DNA of 43,776 nt, taken from NCBI GenBank assembly GCA_017614525.1, contig JAGABS010000077.1, positions 1-43,776 of the forward strand, written 5' to 3'. Below, piece after piece: positions 8,059 through 17,128 of the stretch. Position 1 is the first letter of the stretch. Every line of letters starts with the position of its first letter. The notes beneath the pieces are model-generated. The model was not told the DNA's origin, did no database searches, and saw only the letters and a list, made by a program, of their open reading frames with translations. The position numbers were made by a program, and so were the translations under genes. Origin of the DNA: Alphaproteobacteria bacterium (lineage in GTDB: Bacteria > Pseudomonadota > Alphaproteobacteria > UBA3830).

Positions 8059-8920
8059 GGTTATGTTCTCTAAATTTGTCTGTGGTGAGTATACAAAATT
8101 TTTATTTTGCTTAACAGTTCTTTTGTCGTTCGGCTGTGAGTGTTCCGTCAAAATCACTCCGAACAAAACGGAAGAAGTTGCTTCCAAAACAAAAGAAAAT
8201 ACGGAGAAATCCGCTGCTGATAAACAAGAAATCGTATCTGGAAATAAGGTCGAGGAAATGACAGAGGGTGTCGCTCCCGAAGAAGTCTCAGCCGAAAATG
8301 CGGTGAAAGATGTCGCTCCCCAACAGCTTAAGTCCGAACCTGAATCCGAAAAAACCAAAGAAGAGGCTTCGCAAAGCAAGAACGTTATATCGGAAATTAT
8401 AGAGAGTATTTCCAACGCAAAAATTTCAAATCTGAAAAGACCGTTTAAGGACCTTCCCGGATACTGGGAAGAACTGGGCGATTTCGACGTAACGATTACG
8501 AATGCCGAGGCAAACGATGAGTTTCCTTCTGAAAAATTTTCTCTTAAGAGTTTAAAGGGAAATGTCGTGATTTTATTTTTTACCACAACATGGTGCCCGA
8601 ACTGCATAAAAGTTTTTCAGGATTTGGATAAGCTTTCCCGAGCTTTATCGAACAAAAATATTTCGAATGTAAAGATTATTCCGCTGGTGCTGGGCATGGA
8701 GGAAGACGACGCTGTAAGAAAATATTACGAAGATAACAAAGTTGTGTCGTTGCGCAGGTTTAAGTCTTTATCCCCTCTGTTTTTTAATGTAATAAAAGCT
8801 GTTCCGACTTGCTTTGTTTTCAATAAGAAGTCCGTTCCCGTTTGGGGATTCAGCGGTGCGACGAATTACGGCGCTTTTGAGTTTTTAAATTTTATCGAGG
8901 GTTTATCTAAGGAAGATTAA
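8048..8920 (+). CDS. Exported thioredoxin-fold protein (TlpA/ResA/DsbE-like thiol:disulfide oxidoreductase) with an acidic linker
   Basis: N-terminal hydrophobic signal [14 protein letters not shown], an E/K/S-rich linker, then a thioredoxin domain with [18 protein letters not shown] (CxxC). Alternative ATG starts exist at 8057 and 8063. Confidence 0.75.
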   Translation: MCFMVMFSKFVCGEYTKFLFCLTVLLSFGCECSVKITPNKTEEVASKTKENTEKSAADKQEIVSGNKVEEMTEGVAPEEVSAENAVKDVAPQQLKSEPESEKTKEEASQSKNVISEIIESISNAKISNLKRPFKDLPGYWEELGDFDVTITNAEANDEFPSEKFSLKSLKGNVVILFFTTTWCPNCIKVFQDLDKLSRALSNKNISNVKIIPLVLGMEEDDAVRKYYEDNKVVSLRRFKSLSPLFFNVIKAVPTCFVFNKKSVPVWGFSGATNYGAFEFLNFIEGLSKED

Positions 8921-8933
8921 AAGGAAGATCAAT

Positions 8934-9479
8934 ATGATGGAATGGCGCGGGACGACTATACTTTCGGTTCGTAAAGATAATCAGGTAGTGATTGCGGGCG
9001 ATGGCCAGGTTACGATGGGAAACAGTGTTGTGAAAGCCAATGCGGTAAAGGTAAGGTTTTTATCTACGGGGAATGTTTTAGTTGGGTTCGCAGGAACGAC
9101 CGCCGACGCGTTCACCTTGAGAGAACGACTTGAGGAAAAATTAGCACAGTATCCCGGACAATTGTCTCGGGCGTGCGTTTCGCTCGCGAAGGATTGGCGA
9201 ACCGATAAATATCTGCGTAAGTTAGAAGCGATGATGGCGGTCGCGGACAAGGATCATTCTTTCATTCTCAGCGGTATGGGGGATGTGCTGGAACCATCCG
9301 ATGGAATTATCGGGATTGGGTCGGGGGGGAATTATGCTCTTGCCGCGGCTCGTGCCCTGATCGATATGCCCCTGACTGCAGAACAGATCGCAAGAAAATC
9401 CATGCAGATTGCCGGGGATCTCTGTATATATACTAATCATTCAGTGGTTTTAGAGAAAATTGAAATAACGAAAAAATAG
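8934..9479 (+). CDS. hslV: ATP-dependent protease subunit HslV
   Basis: [22 protein letters not shown] (N-terminal Thr nucleophile after a short propeptide) and [14 protein letters not shown]. It lies upstream of hslU. Confidence 0.93.
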   Translation: MMEWRGTTILSVRKDNQVVIAGDGQVTMGNSVVKANAVKVRFLSTGNVLVGFAGTTADAFTLRERLEEKLAQYPGQLSRACVSLAKDWRTDKYLRKLEAMMAVADKDHSFILSGMGDVLEPSDGIIGIGSGGNYALAAARALIDMPLTAEQIARKSMQIAGDLCIYTNHSVVLEKIEITKK

Positions 9480-9520
9480 GTCTTTCAAATTTCCGTAGGT
9501 TATAGCGAAGATAACAGTGG

Positions 9521-9549
9521 AATAGAACAAGAATGTAATAGAACAAGAA
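9521..9549. repeat. Tandem 13-mer AATAGAACAAGAA, two copies separated by tgt, in the hslV-hslU spacer
   Basis: Exact copies at 9521-9533 and 9537-9549, read directly from the sequence. Confidence 0.85.
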
Positions 9550-9566
9550 AAATAAAGGAATAAAAA

Positions 9567-10874
9567 ATGACTTCACTAACTCCTTCTCAGATTGTAACAG
9601 AATTGGATCGTTTTATTGTCGGACATAAGGAGGCCAAAAAGGCTGTAGCCATCGCTCTTCGGAATCGCTGGAGACGGCAGCAGGTTCCCAGCCCGCTCAA
9701 AGAGGAGATTTTGCCGAAAAATATCTTGATGATGGGACCTACTGGTGTCGGAAAAACCGAAATTGCCCGAAGGTTGGCGCGCCTTGCTGATGCTCCGTTC
9801 ATAAAAGTCGAGGCAACGAAGTTTACCGAAGTCGGATATGTAGGGAGAGACGTCGAGCAAATCATTCGAGACTTGGTTGAAATCGCGATTTTTCAAACTA
9901 AAGAAAAAAATAAAATTTTGGTTGAGGAAAAAGCGAAAATTCAGACAGAAAATCGCATTTTGGACGCGTTGGTCGGAGAGAAATCCGCTGATGAAACAAG
10001 GGATAAATTCAGAAAGTTGTTGCAGTCGGGACAGTTGGAGGACCGTGAAATTGAAATAAATATTGTCGACACTGTTTCCTCCGGAAGTTCCTTTGAGATT
10101 CCGGGAATGCCGGGAACTCATGTAGGAATGCTGAACCTTTCGGATATGATGAACAATGCCCTGGGAATCAATAGAACCAAAGCAAGAAAAGTTTCGGTAA
10201 AAGAAGCTCGACGATTACTGAGCGCGGAGGAAAGCGACAAGCTGATCGACAAAGAAAAAATAATCCGTGAGGCGATTTTCTCCGTTGAGCAGAACGGAAT
10301 TGTGTTCATCGATGAAATCGATAAAATTTGCGCAAAAAATTCCAACGGGGCAGATGTCAGCAGAGAGGGGGTCCAGAGGGATTTGCTTCCGCTGATCGAA
10401 GGATGCTCTGTGACAACAAAATACGGAACCGTAAAAACCGATTACATTTTGTTCATTGCGTCGGGAGCATTTCATGTGTCTAAGCCGTCGGATTTGCTTC
10501 CTGAATTGCAGGGACGTCTTCCGATTCGAGTTGAACTGAAAAATCTAACGGAAGAAGATTTTATCAGAATTCTGAAGGAAACCGACAGCAGCTTAATCAA
10601 ACAATATTACGCTCTTTTGAAGATCGAAGGAGTGCAGGTAGATTTTTCAGAGTCAGGAATCAAAAAAATCGCCGAACTATCTGCTGTTGTTAACAAAAAC
10701 GTGGAAGACATCGGAGCTCGCCGGCTTCATACGATCATCGAAAAGCTTCTGGAAGATATTAGTTTCGAAGCAGATCAAATGAGAGACCAAAAGATCACGA
10801 TCGACAGCGCTTACGTGGAAGAAAAAGTCGGTCACCTGGCGAAACACCAAGATTTGTCGCAGTTCATTCTGTAA
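9567..10874 (+). CDS. hslU: ATP-dependent protease ATPase subunit HslU
   Basis: [34 protein letters not shown], Walker [16 protein letters not shown], and C-terminal DLSQFIL. Confidence 0.95.
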   Translation: MTSLTPSQIVTELDRFIVGHKEAKKAVAIALRNRWRRQQVPSPLKEEILPKNILMMGPTGVGKTEIARRLARLADAPFIKVEATKFTEVGYVGRDVEQIIRDLVEIAIFQTKEKNKILVEEKAKIQTENRILDALVGEKSADETRDKFRKLLQSGQLEDREIEINIVDTVSSGSSFEIPGMPGTHVGMLNLSDMMNNALGINRTKARKVSVKEARRLLSAEESDKLIDKEKIIREAIFSVEQNGIVFIDEIDKICAKNSNGADVSREGVQRDLLPLIEGCSVTTKYGTVKTDYILFIASGAFHVSKPSDLLPELQGRLPIRVELKNLTEEDFIRILKETDSSLIKQYYALLKIEGVQVDFSESGIKKIAELSAVVNKNVEDIGARRLHTIIEKLLEDISFEADQMRDQKITIDSAYVEEKVGHLAKHQDLSQFIL

Positions 10875-11006
10875 AATCCGCAGATCAAGGAGGAAGGCAT
10901 CACCTGTGAATTGCGGCCTCGTTGCACCAATTTAACGGTTCGCCTTCCGTTCCTGAATCGGCTTTTTCAATTTCTCGACACACTTTGCGTTCGGAGTACT
11001 TCGAAA

Positions 11007-11747
11007 TTACTGCCAGTGCAGGCCCTGTGTTCCGACAATACGCTGCTTTTTCTTGAATCCAGCCCTCACGACAAGCCTGAGCTTTTTCTCGACAGACTTA
11101 ACTTGTTCGTACCAACTGTTTGAAGCTTCCGACTCATCAGACGCTGATATTGAGATAACTCCCTGATTTAAGTAAACCAGTTCGCCGAGTTCTTCATCGA
11201 TCGCCCCCACGAAAGACTTAGCACAATCGCGAGCGTTTTGAGCTGCTTCTTTCATCATATCCTTTTTTAACTTATTGAAGTCAGACAACTTGTATTCGTA
11301 ATTGCAGCGAACCAAAATGTTTTTGGCTAGCCATCCCGAAAGCATACTTTCCACTTCCCTCGGAGCATCAATGTTGTCCGTCGATATCTTGAGGGACTTG
11401 GTCATTTCAAACTTTCTGACATTTACCTTCTGGCCGTCCTTATAATCTTCGATGTTTCGATCGCAAGTGCGGCTCGTGATAAGGATGTCCTTTTCGTTCA
11501 AATTCAGCTTTTTCAGATCGCTTAGAATAATATCAACGGATTCTTGCAGCTGCTTTTGCGTGGTATCTATCGTTTCTCCCAAATTTTCCACATCTATGGT
11601 TATCACGCAAAGATCGGATTTTACAATTCTTTCGGACAGGCCCCTTACCTCAATGAGCTGCTTTGATGAAGAAACTTTTTCCGCTGAGAAATAACCTACG
11701 AACGACAACCCCAACGCAATCACACCTGAATATATAAATGCTTTCAT
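11007..11747 (-). CDS. SIMPL/DUF541 (BP26/YggE-like) periplasmic protein
   Basis: Signal-like start MKAFIYSGVIALGLSFVGYF. The layout IEVRGLSERIVKSDLCVITIDVE...KEAAQNARDCAKSFVGAIDEELGELVYLNQG is typical of the SIMPL family. The track ORF extends to 11786, but the ATG at 11747 gives the signal peptide. Confidence 0.6.
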   Translation of the reverse strand: MKAFIYSGVIALGLSFVGYFSAEKVSSSKQLIEVRGLSERIVKSDLCVITIDVENLGETIDTTQKQLQESVDIILSDLKKLNLNEKDILITSRTCDRNIEDYKDGQKVNVRKFEMTKSLKISTDNIDAPREVESMLSGWLAKNILVRCNYEYKLSDFNKLKKDMMKEAAQNARDCAKSFVGAIDEELGELVYLNQGVISISASDESEASNSWYEQVKSVEKKLRLVVRAGFKKKQRIVGTQGLHWQ

Positions 11748-11828
11748 TTTCAAATCCTTATCAAACACACTTTCGTAGCGTAACACGGATAACAGGCCTT
11801 GTCAAAAACACTGAAAACAAACACCTTC

Positions 11829-11842
11829 GGACTCTTCAGTCC
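11829..11842 (-). terminator. Weak hairpin downstream of the hsp20 gene
   Basis: Minus strand GGACU-gaag-AGUCC, followed by a U-rich stretch (gaagguguuuguuuuc). The stem is only 5 bp. Confidence 0.3.
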
Positions 11843-11879
11843 TGTTCCAAACGTTTTTGCTGTCTAAATCCGTATATTT

Positions 11880-12347
11880 TTATTTAATCTCTTCAATCTG
11901 CTTTGGAATTTTGCGCATGACGGGAGGTTCGTCAATTTCAATGGTGCGAACTTCCTTTTCGTTATGAATTCTCAACAAATTTATGTGGAGCAAGCCGTCG
12001 GCAAATTCGGCATTTTTCACTTCCACTCCGTCGGCCAGAACGAAAGTTTTTACAAATTGGCGCGCCGCGATACCTCGGTATATGTAAACCGTGTCGGGAT
12101 TGGTTTCCTGCTGTCCTCGGATGGTCAGCTGATTGTTCTCCAAAGAGATGCTGATATTCTTACGTTGAAATCCCGCCAATGCCAAAGTAATTCTAAAGCC
12201 ATGCTGACCAATTTGCTCGATATTATACGGAGGATAATTATCCTGCACTTTGGACATGGTATCGATCAGTCTCTCGAAGTGATCAAAACCCAAAAACAAC
12301 GGACTGTTAAACAACGAAGTTAATCTATCCATTTCTGCCTCACTCAT
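11880..12347 (-). CDS. ibpA: Small heat-shock protein, Hsp20/alpha-crystallin family (IbpA-like)
   Basis: YPPYNIEQIGQHGFRITLALAGFQRKNISISLENNQLTIRGQQ...YIYRGIAARQFVKTFVLADGVEVKNAEFADGLLHINL is a classic alpha-crystallin domain pattern. Confidence 0.88.
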   Translation of the reverse strand: MSEAEMDRLTSLFNSPLFLGFDHFERLIDTMSKVQDNYPPYNIEQIGQHGFRITLALAGFQRKNISISLENNQLTIRGQQETNPDTVYIYRGIAARQFVKTFVLADGVEVKNAEFADGLLHINLLRIHNEKEVRTIEIDEPPVMRKIPKQIEEIK

Positions 12348-12488
12348 TTCCGTACCTATATACTATATAAGTAGAACAATTATACAGCAATTTTCCGAAA
12401 ATATAATAATTCTTTAATCAGTTAATTGAATAAAACAAACTTCTTGAGTTTTAAAACAGTTACAGTTATAAATATCACGATAACACAT

Positions 12489-12611
12489 GCGAACAGAGGG
12501 GCAGGATGTCCGTTCGGTCCGAGAAATCGGTTGAAGTTCGCAGAGGAGGGGGGGCGCATGGTGTGTTCCCGTGGTGAAATTATTTTTTCTTGGGTAATCT
12601 CACCTTTATAA
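12489..12611 (+). promoter_or_regulatory. GC-rich candidate structured 5' leader of rpsB, with an SD-preceded 17-codon mini-ORF
   Basis: GCGAAC 12489-12494 pairs with GTTCGC 12536-12541 and encloses CCGA-GAAA-UCGG (12519-12530, a GNRA loop). A second hairpin is CAUGG 12557-12561 with CCGUG 12569-12573, followed by T6 at 12583-12588. AGGAGG (12544-12549) lies 8 nt before ATG 12558 of MVCSRGEIIFSWVISPL. The stop ends at 12611, 19 nt before the rpsB ATG. Confidence 0.3.
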
Positions 12612-12630
12612 CCGAAAAAGGAGCAAAAAT

Positions 12631-13428
12631 ATGCAAGAAATTTCGATAAAAAGTTTGTTAGAGGCTGGAGTGCACTTCGGGCACCAGACACGTCGTTGGA
12701 ATCCTAAGATGGCACCGTACATTTTTGGGTCTAAGGACAAGATTCACATCATAAATCTGGATAAAACCGCAGCAATGATGAAGGAAGCGTTGAGTGCTGC
12801 AGGAAGTGTTGCAGCGGAAGGCGGACGTATTCTTTTCGTCGGTACCAAAAGACAAGCCGGAGAAAGAGTAGCCGAGGCAGCGCAGAAGTGCGGACAGTAT
12901 TATGTAAATCACCGTTGGTTGGGTGGTATGCTTACCAACTGGAAAACAGTATCTCAGTCCATCAAAAAGTTGGAGGCATTAGAGGCCAGACTGAAGGACG
13001 AAAATGTCGTACTGAAAAAGAAAGAGATTCTGAACATCGAGAGGAAGATCGACAAGTTCAACAGAGCCCTTGGGGGAGTCCGCAGCATGGGTGGAATTCC
13101 GTCTCTGTTGTTTGTTTTGGACGTTACTTTGGATAAAACAGCGGTCGAGGAGGCTAGAGTTTTGGGGATTCCTGTTATCGGTATTTGTGATACTAACTCG
13201 GATCCTTCGGTTGTTGACTTTCCGATTCCGGGGAATGACGATTCGTCCAGGGCAATCGACCTATATTGTGCGGCCATGGAAAACGCGATTATTGAGGGAA
13301 TTCAAAGAGGATTGACCTCGTCGGGAGTTGACGTCGGCGCGTTGGAGAATCCGGTTGTTTCGGAGGAAATTTCTGAGGAAGCCGCAGAATCTGGCGCTGA
13401 TCAGAGTAAAGAAGCGGTTGCTGAGTAA
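12631..13428 (+). CDS. rpsB: 30S ribosomal protein S2
   Basis: LLEAGVHFGHQTRRWNPKM...IHIINL and an acidic C-terminal tail. It lies upstream of tsf. Confidence 0.96.
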   Translation: MQEISIKSLLEAGVHFGHQTRRWNPKMAPYIFGSKDKIHIINLDKTAAMMKEALSAAGSVAAEGGRILFVGTKRQAGERVAEAAQKCGQYYVNHRWLGGMLTNWKTVSQSIKKLEALEARLKDENVVLKKKEILNIERKIDKFNRALGGVRSMGGIPSLLFVLDVTLDKTAVEEARVLGIPVIGICDTNSDPSVVDFPIPGNDDSSRAIDLYCAAMENAIIEGIQRGLTSSGVDVGALENPVVSEEISEEAAESGADQSKEAVAE

Positions 13429-13445
13429 TTATTGGGGGAAAAATT

Positions 13446-14369
13446 ATGGCAGAAATTACAGCTAGTGAAGTGAAGGCTTTAAGAGATCGTACCGGAGCTG
13501 GTATGATGGATTGTAAGAAGGCTCTTGTCGCGTGTGAGGGGGATATCGAAAAATCCATTGATTGGCTTCGCAAAAAAGGGCTTTCCGCCGCAGCTAAGAA
13601 GTCTGGTAGAGTCGCTGCCGAGGGACTGGTCGGAATTTATGTCGACGGAAACACGGGAACGGTTTTGGAGGTCAATGCCGAAACAGACTTCGTGGCCAGA
13701 AACGATTTGTTTCAGAAGTATGTTTCCGATGTTGTTAAGCTCGCGTCCGAAAACGTAGCAGATCTCGAGACTTTGAAAAATTTGGATTATCCGGGAACGG
13801 GGCGAAATGTCTCAGAAGAGCTGACAAACCTGATTGCGACCATCGGGGAGAATATGGGGCTGCGAAGAGTTTCTCATCTTTCGGTGAAAAATGGTGCGGT
13901 TGCGTCTTATGTTCACAACAAAATCGCGGACAATTTGGGGAAGATCGGAATTTTAGTCGGGATTGAGTCCACTGCGGACAAGTCCAAGTTGTTGGAATTG
14001 GGAAAGAAGATCGCGATGCACATCGCTGCGGCGAGTCCGAAGTCTGTGAATGTTTCCGATTTGGATCCGGAGATTGTTGCTAGAGAGCGTGACGTTGTCA
14101 CTGAGCAGGCGAGAAATTCCGGGAAAAAAGAGGAGTTTATCCAGAAAATCGTCGAAGGCCGTTTGAGCAAATTCTATGGTGAGGTCGTTTTAATGGAGCA
14201 GATTTTCGTGATCGACGGTACTTCTAAGGTTAAGGATGTGATCGCGCAGGCCGAAAAAGATCTCGGTGCCGAGATTAAGATTATCGGATTTGAGAAATTC
14301 GTTCTCGGGGAAGGTATCGAGAAACAGTCCGTTGATTTCGCGGCTGAAGTTGCGGCTCAGCTGAACTAA
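13446..14369 (+). CDS. tsf: Elongation factor Ts
   Basis: ITASEVKALRDRTGAGMMDCKKAL (UBA-like N-terminus) and AAKKSGRVAAEG. Confidence 0.96.
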   Translation: MAEITASEVKALRDRTGAGMMDCKKALVACEGDIEKSIDWLRKKGLSAAAKKSGRVAAEGLVGIYVDGNTGTVLEVNAETDFVARNDLFQKYVSDVVKLASENVADLETLKNLDYPGTGRNVSEELTNLIATIGENMGLRRVSHLSVKNGAVASYVHNKIADNLGKIGILVGIESTADKSKLLELGKKIAMHIAAASPKSVNVSDLDPEIVARERDVVTEQARNSGKKEEFIQKIVEGRLSKFYGEVVLMEQIFVIDGTSKVKDVIAQAEKDLGAEIKIIGFEKFVLGEGIEKQSVDFAAEVAAQLN

Positions 14370-14387
14370 GGTTGAACTGAGGGGCCC

Positions 14388-15098
14388 ATGTTGAAGAATT
14401 TTCATCGAGTATTGTTGAAGATTTCCGGTGAATTTCTCATGGGAGATTTAGATTACGGCCTCGATATTAAGACGGTGGACAGGATCGCCGGGGAAGTGAA
14501 AGCTGTCTGCGGGCAAGGTGTCGAGGTTTGCGTTGTTATAGGCGGCGGGAATATCTTTCGGGGTGTTTCCGCTGCTTCTTACGGAATGCACCGAGCTGTT
14601 GCCGATAACATAGGTATGTTGGCGACGGTCATGAATTGCATCGCTTTTCAGAATTCTTTGGAAAGGCTGGGCGTTGACACGAGGGTTATGTCGGCTATTC
14701 ACATGTCAAGCATCTGCGAACCTTATATTCAAAGGAGAGCAATACGTCATTTGAATAAAGGGCGGGTGGTTATCTGCGCAGCGGGTTCGGGAAATCCTTA
14801 TTTCTCCACGGATACGGCCGCGGTTTTGCGGGCTTTGGAAACAAATTGCGAAGTCTTCGTAAAGGCTACGAAGGTCGATGGGGTTTATGATTCCGATCCC
14901 GTAAAAAACCCGAATGCGGTGTTTTTGGAAAAACTTTCTTACAGCGATGTTATCAGTAAAAACATAAAAGTTATGGATCATACTGCGGTTACTTTGGCGC
15001 AGGAAAATAATATTCCCATGATCGTATTTTCTTTGAAAGAAAAGGGCAATTTGGAGAAGGTTTTGTTGAGATCGGGGAAGTGTTCTCTTATTGTTTGA
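14388..15098 (+). CDS. pyrH: UMP kinase
   Basis: RVLLKISGE...VVIGGGNIFRG...TKVDGVYDSDP. Confidence 0.95.
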   Translation: MLKNFHRVLLKISGEFLMGDLDYGLDIKTVDRIAGEVKAVCGQGVEVCVVIGGGNIFRGVSAASYGMHRAVADNIGMLATVMNCIAFQNSLERLGVDTRVMSAIHMSSICEPYIQRRAIRHLNKGRVVICAAGSGNPYFSTDTAAVLRALETNCEVFVKATKVDGVYDSDPVKNPNAVFLEKLSYSDVISKNIKVMDHTAVTLAQENNIPMIVFSLKEKGNLEKVLLRSGKCSLIV

Positions 15099-15180
15099 GG
15101 CGGAATAAGTCGGTGTAGGTCGGAGTTGTAAGTTAGGTTGGTTAGAGTCGGTACAGGTCATAGTAAGTCAGGAGGAGATA

Positions 15181-15726
15181 ATGTTGGAAAAATTGAGAAG
15201 GAAAATGACTGCCAGTTATGAAAATCTGCTGAAAGAGTTCAGCGGTTTAAGGACGGGGCGGGCATCTGTGTCTATTTTAGACAATATCATGGTTGAGGCC
15301 TACGGAAGTATGGTTCCATTGCAGCAGGTGGGGACGGTCAGTGCTCCCGAGGCGCGATTGCTGACCATCCAGGTCTGGGATTCCTCTTTGATAAAACCGA
15401 CTGAAGTCGCGATCAGGAATTCTTCGACAGGGTTGAGTCCAATGGTGGATGGGCAGTTGATCCGCATAGCTGTTCCGGAGTTGAGCGAAGAGAGAAGAAA
15501 AGAAATTTGCAAGTTGGCGGGGAAATACGCGGAGCAGACTAAGGTTGCGATTCGTAATGTTCGTCGTGAAGGAATGGACGATGCGAAGAAACAAGAGAAG
15601 AATAAGGAAATTACCGAAGACGAGTTAAAAAAGCTTTCGGATGAAATCCAAAAAATGACTGACGAGTATGTGAAGAAGATTGATGCGACTCTTGATGTAA
15701 AAGAAAAAGAGATAATGAAAGTTTAG
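15181..15726 (+). CDS. frr: Ribosome recycling factor
   Basis: The sequence includes LRTGRASVSILDNIMVEAYG and IRNVRREGMD. AGGAGG precedes the ATG. Confidence 0.95.
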   Translation: MLEKLRRKMTASYENLLKEFSGLRTGRASVSILDNIMVEAYGSMVPLQQVGTVSAPEARLLTIQVWDSSLIKPTEVAIRNSSTGLSPMVDGQLIRIAVPELSEERRKEICKLAGKYAEQTKVAIRNVRREGMDDAKKQEKNKEITEDELKKLSDEIQKMTDEYVKKIDATLDVKEKEIMKV

Positions 15727-15729
15727 CCA

Positions 15730-16455
15730 ATGTCTAACACTGAATCGGGTTCGGGTGAAAATTTGGGATTGCAGCATATTGCTTTCATCCCGGATGGGAA
15801 TCGTCGTTGGGCAAGGAGTCACGGGGCTGTCTCGACTTTAATCGGGCATAAGCGTGGTTTCGATAACGTTAAGCAGCTTTGCGTTTCGTTGATCAAGCGT
15901 AAAGTGAAATACGCGACACTTTTTTGTTTTTCCACGGAAAATTGGAACAGATCCACCGAAGAAGTTACTTACTTGATGAAATTGTTTTGCTCTTTGTTTG
16001 AAGATGCTGACGATTTTTTATTCAATAACGGCGTAAAAATCGAGGTGATCGGGGATATGACTCGATTGCCTCGGGATCTGCAAAATAAGCTCTCCGTTCT
16101 CAAGGAAAAAACGAAGAATAACGATAAGATTACTTTCATTTGTGCGGTCAGCTATTCAGGAAGAGAAGAAATAGTTCGTGCAGCGAAGAAAATCGCTCAG
16201 GATGTTTTAGACCGGAAAATCAGCATAAATGAAATAGACGAAAAAAAGTTTGAGAATTATTTGGATTTGCCTGGGGTTCCGTATCCTGATATTGTGGTAA
16301 GGACGAGCGAAAGGCGCATCAGTAATTTTTTGTTATGGGAAATGGCCTATAGTGAATTGATTTTCTTGGATAAATTTTGGCCGGATTTGACGGAGGAAGA
16401 TATTCAGTTCATTATAGACGATTTTTCCAGGAGAAAGAGGCGTTATGGTAAGTGA
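15730..16455 (+). CDS. uppS: Undecaprenyl diphosphate synthase
   Basis: HIAFIPDGNRRWA, FSTENWNR, RISNFLLWEMAYSEL. Confidence 0.95.
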   Translation: MSNTESGSGENLGLQHIAFIPDGNRRWARSHGAVSTLIGHKRGFDNVKQLCVSLIKRKVKYATLFCFSTENWNRSTEEVTYLMKLFCSLFEDADDFLFNNGVKIEVIGDMTRLPRDLQNKLSVLKEKTKNNDKITFICAVSYSGREEIVRAAKKIAQDVLDRKISINEIDEKKFENYLDLPGVPYPDIVVRTSERRISNFLLWEMAYSELIFLDKFWPDLTEEDIQFIIDDFSRRKRRYGK

Positions 16456-17122
16456 AGCAGTAAGGGAAAAAATATTTTTCAATTACGATCTTCTGAAGAG
16501 AATCCTGTCGGGATTTTTGTTTGCTCCCATGATCGCCCTTGTGTTGCTTCTGTCGGAAGGCAATTTCAGGGTTTTGTGTTGGCTCGCGTATTTGGTAATA
16601 GCTTTTGAAATTTTCTCGCCGAAGGTAAAAGGGCATTATTTTCTTCGCAGCTTGGCTTTGATTTTCTGTTTTTTCGGAATGAAATCTTTCATATATTGTC
16701 GCCAGTTTTTCGGTCCGATGGGGTGTATTCTTCTGATTTGCATATCGAGTTTTACGGATATGGGCGGATATTTTTTCGGAAGGATGTTCAAAGGTCCGAA
16801 GTTATGTCCGAAAATCAGCCCGAATAAGACTTGGTCCGGATTTTTTGGCGGGGTGTTTTTAGCAAATTTGTGTGTATTTTTCATAAAAGATATGTTTTTT
16901 TCGAGCTTATCAGATAATTCGGTTTTCTATCTGAGATTTTGGGCGGTGGAGCTGCTTATTCTGTCAGCAGTGTTTGGGGACTTGCTGGAATCTTCGTTTA
17001 AGCGTCACATCGGAGTGAAGGATATGAGCAAGCTTTTTCCGGGGCATGGAGGTCTTTTGGACCGTCTTGACAGCCTGTTGGCAGTGTCCATTGTTTTTGC
17101 ACTTATTGATATTTTTTTGTAG
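16445..17122 (+). CDS. cdsA: Phosphatidate cytidylyltransferase
   Basis: Polytopic membrane protein with the CDS signature SSFKRHIGVKDMSKLFPGHGGLLDRLDS. Confidence 0.92.
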   Translation: MVSEAVREKIFFNYDLLKRILSGFLFAPMIALVLLLSEGNFRVLCWLAYLVIAFEIFSPKVKGHYFLRSLALIFCFFGMKSFIYCRQFFGPMGCILLICISSFTDMGGYFFGRMFKGPKLCPKISPNKTWSGFFGGVFLANLCVFFIKDMFFSSLSDNSVFYLRFWAVELLILSAVFGDLLESSFKRHIGVKDMSKLFPGHGGLLDRLDSLLAVSIVFALIDIFL

Positions 17123-17128
17123 GGTGCT

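Noticed and set aside
7882-8607. Full 241-aa minus-strand ORF
   Set aside because: Upstream of codon 184 it is the Ser-rich antisense image of the Glu/Lys-rich linker and the thioredoxin domain of the plus-strand gene, which has the WCPNC motif. Only the terminal 58-codon lipoprotein-like part is kept, as a low-confidence candidate.
10875-11006. tRNA or sRNA in the hslU/SIMPL convergent spacer, and in the other spacers longer than 100 nt (12348-12630, 25558-25698, 34631-34810)
   Set aside because: I found no T-loop (GGTTCGAATCC-like) or acceptor/anticodon-arm arrangement. There are only weak 5-7 bp stems, consistent with terminators.
12348-12470. ROSE-type RNA thermometer or sigma-32 promoter upstream of the ibpA-like gene
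   Set aside because: The region between a TATAAT-like box (about 29 nt upstream of the ATG) and the start is short and AT-rich. I could not find the G-bulged SD-masking hairpin typical of ROSE, nor a convincing CTTG-N17-CYTATNT promoter.
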